From the NCBI RefSeq assembly GCF_042231085.1, contig NZ_CP102579.1: a DNA stretch of 64,000 bases. The stretch is one strand, 5' to 3'. The position numbers were made by a program, and so were the translations under genes. A model generated the notes under the pieces. The model had not been told where the DNA came from, did no database searches, and worked only from the letters and a program-made list of their open reading frames with translations. The stretch comes from Corallococcus interemptor (GTDB lineage: Bacteria; Myxococcota; Myxococcia; Myxococcales; Myxococcaceae). Numbering within the stretch: the first letter of the stretch is position 1; each line of letters opens with the position of its first letter. Positions 38,001 through 45,258 of the stretch are shown here, one piece after another.

Positions 38001-40222
38001 TCTCCCAACTCCAGGGACAACTGCGCCGGGTGCGTGAAGCGTGCGAAGCCGCAGACCGACTGGAAGCGCACGCTTCCGCGGCGACCCTGCCAGGGGTGGC
38101 CTACCAGGGGCGGAAAACCTCCCTAGCGGGTCCCCGAAGCATCCTCCGACATGTTGATGACCTCCTCGCGGCGCCGCTCCCTGAAGGGCTGGCGGAGTGG
38201 CTGCTACGAGAGGACACGCCACGAAGGCACGCGGACCTGCTCGCCATCACGAACGAATTGGAGACAGCCCTCAGTGCCTACAGACAGTCCGCAACCCAAG
38301 CCCGGGAGCTGGGAAGGATGGCCCAGGGCACCTGGGAGGATCTCGCCGCCGAGAAGCCGCTCCAATCGACGGTCTTGCGACTGCGCCAGGCCCGAAGCCA
38401 GTCCGCGACGCTTCCAGCCTGGTGCGCGTATCAACGGCAGCGGCGTGCCGTCGCGCGAGCGCGGAGCACCGCTGGGTTCCTGGAGCGCGTCGACACACGT
38501 CCGGGCCTGGAGCCGGAACGGCTGGTCGCGGCCTTCGACGCTGTCTTCTTCCGCTCCCTGGCGGAAGCCATCCTGCGAGACCAACCCGAGCTCGACCAGT
38601 TCACGGGCGCCGTTCATGCCTCCCAGAGAGAGGAGTTCGCACGCCTGGACACGCATTGCATCGAAAGGCAGGGCCGATACCTGGCACGTCAACTCAGCCA
38701 GCGTCCGGTTCCTCCGGGTGTGTCCTCGGCGAAAGTGGCGGGTATGACGGAGACCCATCTTCTGCGGCACGAGTTGGGAAAGAAGCAGCGGCACCTCCCC
38801 ATTCGTGAACTGGTCGCCCGTGCCGGCAGTGCGCTCCAGACGCTGATGCCGTGTTTCATGATGGGTCCGCAGTCGGTCGCCCAGTACCTGCCCGCCGGCC
38901 AGTTGACCTTCGACCTGGTCGTGATGGACGAGGCCAGCCAGATGCGTCCCGAAGATGCGCTGGGCGCCATCGCGCGAGGGAGACAGTTGGTGGTAGTGGG
39001 CGACCCGGAGCAACTCCCTCCCACCAGCTTCTTCGCCCAGATGGAACAGGAGGACACAGAGTCCAACGACGAGGCGGGAGACGAGGCTCAGGGCCCGTCC
39101 TTCCTGGAGGATTCAGAGAGCATCCTCACGGCGGCGGCGGAGCGGTTCCCCATGCGCATGCTGCGCTGGCATTACCGTTCACGTCACCCCTCGCTCATCG
39201 CCTTCAGCAATCGTGAGTTCTACAACGGCGACCTCATCACCTTCCCTGCACCGGGTGAGCAACTGGAAGGTTTGGGGCTGCGCTTCCACAAAGTGGACGG
39301 AGGACTGTACGAGTCCAACCGAAACGTCCCCGAAGCCCGCGAAGTGCTGGCGAAGGTGAAGGAGCACGCGCGGACACGTCCTGAGCAGAGCCTGTTGGTC
39401 GTCACGCTGAATTCGAAGCAGCGGGATCTCATCGACGACCTGGTGACTGCCGAGGAGAAGAACGACGCGACCCTCCGAGCCTTCCTGGCGAAGTGGGAGA
39501 AGTCACCCATGCCCTTCGACGTGAAGAACCTGGAGAACGTGCAAGGCGACGAGCGCGACGCCATCTTCGTGTCGGTCACGTTCGGTCCCGACAAGAACGA
39601 GCGCTTCCGGATGAACTTCGGGCCCATCAACCAGGCGGACGGATACCGCCGGTTGAACGTCCTCTTCACGAGGGCGCGGTGTGCACTGACGGTGTTCGCG
39701 TCCTTCGACCCGTCACAGCTCAAGGTCCAGGAGAGCAGTCCCCGTGGGATGCGCGTCCTGCAACGGTACCTGTCCGAAGCCAAGGGAGAGAAGGTGGCGC
39801 ACGGCGTGGGGAGCGGCCGTCCACCGGATTCCGACTTCGAAATCGCCGTCGCGAAGGCGCTCGCGGCGCGGGGCTTCGAGGTGGTTCCGCAGGTAGGCGT
39901 TGCGGGCTACTTCATCGACATGGCCCTCCGGCATCCCCAGCAACCAGGCCGGTACATCCTCGGTGTCGAGTGTGACGGCGAGCGGTACCACTCGTCGCGT
40001 TCCGCGCGGGACCGGGACCGGCTCCGGGACCAGGTGTTGAAGGGCCTGGGGTGGAAGCTTCACCGCATCTGGTCCACGGACTGGTTCCGCTCGCCTTCAG
40101 AAGAGGTCGCCCGGATCGTCGCGCGCGTCGAGGAGCTCCTTCGGGAGGAGGCGGCTGAGCTGCCAGCCGTCGTGCGTGAAGAGTCCCCGGTGGAGCATCA
40201 GATGCGGGCCGTCAGCGCCTGA
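35024..40222 (+). CDS. giant DUF4011 - SF1 (Upf1-like AAA_11/AAA_12) helicase - C-terminal Vsr/DUF559-like restriction-endonuclease-fold protein (1732 aa)
   Basis: N-terminus LLKELQRQRTRLLDLSATNRLLNFKHTARTSLRIVDELP (DUF4011-like). Walker A VVQGPPGTGKSQTITNLIG. C-terminal helicase ...YRRLNVLFTRARCALTVFAS. Terminal ...YFIDMAL...ILGVECDGERYHSSRSARDRDRLRDQVLKGLGWKLHRIWSTDWF. Confidence 0.9.
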   Translation: MNPHDSVLLKELQRQRTRLLDLSATNRLLNFKHTARTSLRIVDELPGVVFERLSNHRALTFLPVMPPEQASEEEEDFDPAAATVVFSMTTEEAPSKDARQKLLLQQAKKLGIDTRYELPKAVPAESGSNPRKHQDRHLQTLYFPEDLESHLHRLQGLAQTAIQETGANLLHFAFGFLRWYESGDTRQEKPRSAPLVLMPVSLKRGQAHPETQVHSYEVDYNEGESIDSNLTLQEKLRQEFGITLPAFSAEEGLEAYFDKVTALLKGLRPGWSLERQVTLTLLSFGRLLMWRDLEPSRWPQNSPMLANPLVRTLMGGQAEANEPGGGGGGSRERRSEVYDLDSQEVNPPPLITDADSSQHSVLVDVLRGENLVVQGPPGTGKSQTITNLIGAALAAGKTVLFVTQKLAALEVVSRRLQHAGLGEFCLELHSHKTQKQQFMEDLRRRLNLDASATDPRPLTEQVSNAAGILRAHTERMHKPFGTLGMSPHDVFWKVSRAESELGDAVVELEGLRFEGAEGMSTHALSEVRDAVRSLAAQLGDVRRVAPILSAHPWAGVTNDALTDKDRQTLVQRIATWEESALLLEKALAAFTVRTGVTPRSSALAVDALISNVRVLPRLPEGTPATLVPALLDSTQREGLRALLDAIEAVQARWAGLEAGWRAQEDLTASALRGAEAVLDMALRLLSPDTTLVTLTRAHEAVEAAARILAQARRFAADVASRLEVDVTRWTPQQLQSFARVVEAMAALNDTTLEWRDPCWIEREAEETLRKADSTCTELKEQARALAVRFMPELVPPLATLKSHAVAVSTAPFIPWLSSAWRAARRDFQAMAHGVRPTRPVLVQGYNDLLAHYAARERFQEDATLKATLGARFQEVETRFDRILSWLDAYRTIDALILPMGERGLGLRRAVLERSPSHWREILAMVRAKSEELSQVRDVSTFVQEASTRMGLPSAPWNTESCGKAQDSLDALLKHLSQVLNWARKGDAPPSLTLSQLQGQLRRVREACEAADRLEAHASAATLPGVAYQGRKTSLAGPRSILRHVDDLLAAPLPEGLAEWLLREDTPRRHADLLAITNELETALSAYRQSATQARELGRMAQGTWEDLAAEKPLQSTVLRLRQARSQSATLPAWCAYQRQRRAVARARSTAGFLERVDTRPGLEPERLVAAFDAVFFRSLAEAILRDQPELDQFTGAVHASQREEFARLDTHCIERQGRYLARQLSQRPVPPGVSSAKVAGMTETHLLRHELGKKQRHLPIRELVARAGSALQTLMPCFMMGPQSVAQYLPAGQLTFDLVVMDEASQMRPEDALGAIARGRQLVVVGDPEQLPPTSFFAQMEQEDTESNDEAGDEAQGPSFLEDSESILTAAAERFPMRMLRWHYRSRHPSLIAFSNREFYNGDLITFPAPGEQLEGLGLRFHKVDGGLYESNRNVPEAREVLAKVKEHARTRPEQSLLVVTLNSKQRDLIDDLVTAEEKNDATLRAFLAKWEKSPMPFDVKNLENVQGDERDAIFVSVTFGPDKNERFRMNFGPINQADGYRRLNVLFTRARCALTVFASFDPSQLKVQESSPRGMRVLQRYLSEAKGEKVAHGVGSGRPPDSDFEIAVAKALAARGFEVVPQVGVAGYFIDMALRHPQQPGRYILGVECDGERYHSSRSARDRDRLRDQVLKGLGWKLHRIWSTDWFRSPSEEVARIVARVEELLREEAAELPAVVREESPVEHQMRAVSA

Positions 40223-40224
40223 AC

Positions 40225-40230
40225 AGGAGA
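40225..40230 (+). promoter_or_regulatory. AGGAGA Shine-Dalgarno 5 nt upstream of the second gene of the operon (14-nt intergenic gap)
   Basis: Seen directly; supports translational coupling with the helicase gene. Confidence 0.5.
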
Positions 40231-40235
40231 CATCC

Positions 40236-41801
40236 ATGACAACGATCATCGCCATTGGCCTGGGCATTCTGGGCCTGTTGCTCCTTGGCTTGTGGCTGCG
40301 GACACAGAGCCGGCTCAAAGCCGTCCAGGAACGATTCAAGCCCATCCTGGACCTGGAGGCCGAACGGCGCCGGGTCGCGGAGGAGTTGACGCGGGCCCGC
40401 ACGGACGCGACCACCGCGATGGCCGCGGAACAGAAGCGGGTCCAGGACGATTTGGCGAAGGCACGGAGCGAAGCGGACAGTGCACTGGCGGCGGAGCGGA
40501 AGCGGGTAGAGACCGAGCTTGCCCGGGCAAAAGCGGACGTTGAGCAGGCCATCGCCGCTGAGCAGGGCCGAGCGAAAGCGGAGTTGAACCGGCTCCGCGA
40601 AGAGACGAGCCGGACGACGCAAAGCGCGACGCGCGCCATGGAGGAGGCAGAAGCCCGTCGAAAGCAGGCGAACGCCGAGCGGACCAACCTGGAGTCAGGC
40701 ATCGCCCGCCTGAGGGCCGAGTTGAAGGCACTGGAGGAAGAGGAGGTCCTGCTCTCCTTCGGCTTCTACAAGCCGGTGTACGCGCTGGCGTCGGTCAAGG
40801 AGTACGAGGACCGGCTGGAGAAGATCCGCGACGCGCAGAAGCAGATGCTGAAAAACAAGGAAGCCGCCACGTGCTCCATTCAGTGGGAAGTGAATGGAAG
40901 CAAGGCGGAAGGCAAGAAGCAGATTGAGCGGACCTTGAAGCTGATGCTCCGGGCCTTCAATGGCGAGGCGGACGCGTGTGTAGCGAAGGTGTCCTACAAG
41001 AACGTCAAGGCCATGGAGACGCGCATCGAGAAGGCAGCCGCCGCCATCAATGGTCTCGCGGAGATCCAGCAGTGCGTCATCGCCAGGCGCTACGTCAAGC
41101 TCAAGGTCGAGGAGCTGATGCTCGCGTACGAGTACGAGGAGAAGGTGCAGCAGGAGCGTGACGAGCAGCGCCGGATCCGGGAGCAGATGCGTGAGGAGGA
41201 AGCCGCCCAACGCGAGTTGGAGAAGGCGAAGCTGGAAGCGGAGCGCGAAGCGAAGCGCGATGCAGAAGCGCTGGCCAAGGCGCGGGCGGACTACGAGCAG
41301 GCGAAGGGCTCGGAGCAGCAGAAGCTGATGGAGCGCATCGCGGAGCTGGAGCGCCGTGTGGCAGAAGACATGGAGAAGCAGCGCGCCATCTCCCAGGCAC
41401 AGCTCACGCGCACCGGGCACGTCTACGTCATCTCCAATATTGGTTCCTTCGGGGAGGGCGTGTTCAAGCTGGGGATGACCCGACGATTGGTCCCCCAGGA
41501 CCGCATCGACGAACTTGGAGATGCCTCGGTGCCGTTCGAGTTCGATGTCCACGCCATCATCCGGACCTCGGACGCCCCTGCCCTGGAGAACGCCCTGCAC
41601 AAGGCCTTCGCGAACCGGCGAGTCAACCGCATCAATGAGCGAAAGGAGTTCTTCCGCGTCGGCCTGGATGAGATCGCGGAGGCAGTCCGCAAGCATCACG
41701 GTGAGTTTGAACTGACCCGGGCGGCCGAGGCTGCGGAATACCGGAAGACATTGGCACTCCAAGAGGAGGAACAAGGTCGACCAAGTGAGCGAGCCGCATG
41801 A
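40236..41801 (+). CDS. N-terminal TM helix + long coiled coil + DUF4041 + T5orf172/MUG113 (GIY-YIG-like) domain protein
   Basis: TM IIAIGLGILGLLLLGLWL. Heptad-rich AEQKRVQDDLAKARSEAD... C-terminus GHVYVISNIGSFGEGVFKLGMTRR...DRIDELGDASVPFEFDVHAII...FANRRVNRINERKEFFRV. Confidence 0.85.
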   Translation: MTTIIAIGLGILGLLLLGLWLRTQSRLKAVQERFKPILDLEAERRRVAEELTRARTDATTAMAAEQKRVQDDLAKARSEADSALAAERKRVETELARAKADVEQAIAAEQGRAKAELNRLREETSRTTQSATRAMEEAEARRKQANAERTNLESGIARLRAELKALEEEEVLLSFGFYKPVYALASVKEYEDRLEKIRDAQKQMLKNKEAATCSIQWEVNGSKAEGKKQIERTLKLMLRAFNGEADACVAKVSYKNVKAMETRIEKAAAAINGLAEIQQCVIARRYVKLKVEELMLAYEYEEKVQQERDEQRRIREQMREEEAAQRELEKAKLEAEREAKRDAEALAKARADYEQAKGSEQQKLMERIAELERRVAEDMEKQRAISQAQLTRTGHVYVISNIGSFGEGVFKLGMTRRLVPQDRIDELGDASVPFEFDVHAIIRTSDAPALENALHKAFANRRVNRINERKEFFRVGLDEIAEAVRKHHGEFELTRAAEAAEYRKTLALQEEEQGRPSERAA

Positions 41802-41840
41802 ATTAGGCCCCGCCTGCGGTTCTGATAGCGTTCGCCCTCG

Positions 41841-43568
41841 ATGAGTTCCTATTCGTTCCTGCATCCCAAGGATGCTCTCCCCAACGCTGTCATCACTGCC
41901 GCCAAAAGCCGGAAAATCGCGTTTCTGGTCGGTTCCCCCTTGTCGACGCAGGAACGAGCCGACGCCCCCCAGGTGCCTGGGGTAGAGGCGATGCTGGATC
42001 TCATCCGCGAGCACGTCCCGACCGGATTCAAGGCGAGATTCGACACGGAGCGCGAGCACACCAAAGAGAACAGATACCAATGGGCCATGCATTTCGTGCA
42101 AGGCCTTGAGGACAAGAAAGTCTCCGAGAAGGTTGTTCGAGAGGCTGTGCTTCGCGCACGGGTGGACCGCCAACGCGATGGAGTAGCGACTGACGACGAA
42201 CTGGATCTGGATTATGGCGGATGGGCCTTACCTCCGGCGACGGAGCATCTCGGAAGATTGCTGGTGGAGAGAGCCGATACGTTTGGCCCCGTCTTGACCA
42301 CGAATTTTGATCCCCTCATCTCAGCATCGGTGAAGGTGGCTGGCGGTGATTTCCATCGCACGATCGTGACTCACGACAGCCCGTTCGGGCAGACGGTTCC
42401 TTCCTCTTCCAAATCCACGCACATCATCCACCTTCACGGCTACTGGCATGACTCGCCTACGTTGCACACTGGCATCCAGCTTGGTCGCGAGCGCAAACTC
42501 GTCTCTGCGGAGCTGATCCAGATCCTTCAAAGCCACACACTTGTCGTTATCGGATACGGCGGATGGGACGATGTCTTCACCCAGACACTCGCGGCGATTG
42601 ACGTCGACAGACACAAGGATGTCGACATCCTCTGGGGTTTCTACGAGAAGAATGACGCTGTAATCGAGGCCTGCAATCCGACGCTCTTCAGCAGGGTTGC
42701 CAATTTACGAGGCAACAAAGGGCTTCGTTGTTATGGCGGAATCGATTGCCACAAATTCTTCCCTGAACTGCGTCAACACTTTGGCGCATCCGTTGCCCCG
42801 CAGTCGCCCCCTCCAAGCACAGTCCGACAGCCACCGTCGCCATCCATCCCAATCGCCTCGGCCACCAGAGCCCCTGGGCCGGCGACCTCGCCCCACTCAA
42901 GTGCGGCGAAGCCACCCGAGCCTGTGCCTTCCGCTTCGGATCGTTCCGTTTCCCGGTCCGCTCCGAAGACGGACGGCACAGGCAGCCCTTCGAAATCAGG
43001 CTCCAAGAGAATCCTGCTGTTTGCTGCTGCCGCGCTGATTGCTGGCGGCGTGGCAGCGGTCTGGCCATCCCCGAGCAAAAGCGTCAACAATGACGTCTTT
43101 GTCGTTCAGACTCCGCGCAATCTGAGACCTGTCCAGCCGCAGCCCCCGACGGCTGCTCCGGTCCCGGCACTCGCGAGCACGCTCAGAAACGTTCGCCAGC
43201 AGCATCAGGTCGTCGCCGCTTCGGACGCCGAGCGTGGGGCTCGCGTCTCGCAGCTTCCCAGGGGACGCTACGCGTTTGTACCGATGAGCACCGTTCCCAC
43301 CTACAGCGCGGACACACCCATCTATGGCCCCATCCAGGAGGGGATTGAGCTTCATCGCGCGCTCTCGGATGGATCCCTGTACCTCGTGGGCTACGCGGAT
43401 GCCCCAACCATCACGGCCCTGGGGTATCCGAACCCTGCGCCCATCGTCATCACGCCCACGCCCAGCAACAGAAGGGCGCAGGTCGCGAGCATTCCTGTGA
43501 CTCGGATGGTCACCGCTGAAGTTCGCATGGACAAAGGCACCCGCGTGTTGGTTCTCCACCTCAACTAA
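41841..43568 (+). CDS. SIR2-like (SIR2_2 / DHS-like NAD-binding) domain protein with central TM helix and C-terminal extracytoplasmic domain
   Basis: IAFLVGSPLS; TTNFDPLI; HIIHLHGYWHD; VVIGYGGWDD. Pro/Ser-rich linker, then TM ILLFAAAALIAGGVAAVW. Visibly lower GC. Confidence 0.8.
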   Translation: MSSYSFLHPKDALPNAVITAAKSRKIAFLVGSPLSTQERADAPQVPGVEAMLDLIREHVPTGFKARFDTEREHTKENRYQWAMHFVQGLEDKKVSEKVVREAVLRARVDRQRDGVATDDELDLDYGGWALPPATEHLGRLLVERADTFGPVLTTNFDPLISASVKVAGGDFHRTIVTHDSPFGQTVPSSSKSTHIIHLHGYWHDSPTLHTGIQLGRERKLVSAELIQILQSHTLVVIGYGGWDDVFTQTLAAIDVDRHKDVDILWGFYEKNDAVIEACNPTLFSRVANLRGNKGLRCYGGIDCHKFFPELRQHFGASVAPQSPPPSTVRQPPSPSIPIASATRAPGPATSPHSSAAKPPEPVPSASDRSVSRSAPKTDGTGSPSKSGSKRILLFAAAALIAGGVAAVWPSPSKSVNNDVFVVQTPRNLRPVQPQPPTAAPVPALASTLRNVRQQHQVVAASDAERGARVSQLPRGRYAFVPMSTVPTYSADTPIYGPIQEGIELHRALSDGSLYLVGYADAPTITALGYPNPAPIVITPTPSNRRAQVASIPVTRMVTAEVRMDKGTRVLVLHLN

Positions 43569-43574
43569 CATCCA

Positions 43575-44234
43575 ATGACATTCAACAACCGAATTCTTCT
43601 TGGGCTGACGTCGATTCTCTTGCTAGCAGGCTGTGGGCCCGAAGACTCAAGCTCAGGCCCCATCACGGAGAACCCGCCACTCGAAGAAATCTGTACTGCA
43701 GCGAATTGTGCAGGCTGCTGCGATCCGACCACGAACCAGTGCGTCGAAGTTCGTACCAACGACGCGTGCGGTGTTACCGGCACCAAATGCTCGAAGTGCG
43801 CGACCGGGACCATCTGCCATCCGTCACAGCAACAGTGCTACACCCCCACCATTCGCACGAAGATCCAGCCCCTGCGCGCCACGATCGCTCCGCAGGATCC
43901 TGCTGACAACAGTGACTGGGACGTAGATGGCTCGCCGCCGGATGTCGTGGTCAAGCTGTCCTGTCCCAACGCACAGCCTGCGCCCCCTTCGGAGGAAGTT
44001 GAAAGCTTCACCCCTACGTGGACGCAGGGGGCATGCGACGTCCTGAGTACCGATCTGCTTTCGGCCCCCATCCAGTTCACCGTCATTGACGTTGACACCC
44101 TCTTTGACGACCCGATTGCGTCTGCGCAGTATCAGATGACCCGAGCCGACATTGACCGTGGCGTCGTGGAGTTCGCGAGTTCCGGTGCGTTGCTCTCCTT
44201 GGCCCTCCAGATCACCACATACTACGCCGAATAG
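43575..44234 (+). CDS. Cys-rich secreted lipoprotein (paralog of 48303..48923)
   Basis: 7 nt after the SIR2 stop. Lipobox LLAGCGP. CTAANCAGCCDPTTNQCV...CSKCATGTIC. DWDVDGSPPDVVVKLSCPN. Confidence 0.7.
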   Translation: MTFNNRILLGLTSILLLAGCGPEDSSSGPITENPPLEEICTAANCAGCCDPTTNQCVEVRTNDACGVTGTKCSKCATGTICHPSQQQCYTPTIRTKIQPLRATIAPQDPADNSDWDVDGSPPDVVVKLSCPNAQPAPPSEEVESFTPTWTQGACDVLSTDLLSAPIQFTVIDVDTLFDDPIASAQYQMTRADIDRGVVEFASSGALLSLALQITTYYAE

Positions 44235-45258
44235 ACGGACACCTCGGCCCGCCGCCAGCGTTGTTGGATGCTGGCGGCCATGTTCTTGCGGAGGTTTGCC
44301 ATCCAGCGCTGACAAATCGACACCCCTGAGCGTCCCCACACATTCTTGCTTTGATCCAAGCCAAGAGCCCACATGAGGCTGGAGGCAGCCTCGTACCGCA
44401 GCTCATCCGGGGCCTCGAGTCGTAAGCGCACCGCTGCCTCAAAGTCTGGATCCAGGAGGAGCGCGAGGATTTCCGCATCCACCGCGGGGCTCATCTCGAC
44501 CGCTGCTTCCACATGCATCAGGATTTCCTTCCTGTCCAACCATCGGAGCGCACGCATACCCGGGTCGAGCAGGATGGCATCCACGAACGATGGGTACCCG
44601 CCATGCTCCCGGTAATAGCTCACGTCCGCATTGCCCAGCCCCACCCGCCCATAAGTACGAGGCCGATCCATGCGAACACCCGCGACGCACGCTTCCTCCA
44701 TGTCACAGAAGGACAACTCCGCGCCTCGGAGATCAGCGCAGCGCAGGTCCGCCTTCATCAACGTCGCTGCGGTCAAACGGGCGCCCTGAAGTCGGCGCGA
44801 CGGAATGAGCCGTGAACCAGGTTTGAAGCCGTGAGGACTGCCCCTTCCAAGGAAGCATCCTCCCAGCACGTGCCCATCGCGACGCAAGCCATCAGGCTGG
44901 CGCGCTCCATGCGCGCCCAGGTCAGCGAGGCGCCAGACAACGTGGTGAAGTCGAGCCGCGCCTCGTTGAGCCCGCAGTCATCCAGGCGGGCGCCATCGAG
45001 CCGAACATGGACGAACTCCGCGCCCGGTAGCTCTTCCTGAGTGAGGTCGATGCCTCGGAGATCCCCCACGTGGGGTCCCAATGCATCTGCTCCCGGAAAG
45101 CCCTTGAGGACTTCACGCCAGGGTCCTTGAAATCCCGAGGCGATCAAGCGCTCGCGCCGGCGCTGACCATCGGGTGTGAGCCAGCGTTCTGCCAGGTCGG
45201 ATCGCATGACCGGGCTATAACATCCAGAACCAAAGGCATTCGATGAACCTCCACGCAT
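44222..45258 (-). pseudogene. pentapeptide-repeat protein gene, apparently disrupted by a frameshift near 44800 (two overlapping ORFs 44773..45258 and 44222..44887)
   Basis: Pentapeptide repeats run to the very C-terminus of the upstream ORF (...EDASL EGAVL TASNL VHGSF RRADF). They resume in the other frame (RRLQG ARLTA ATLMK ADLRC ADLRG AELSF). Confidence 0.45.
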
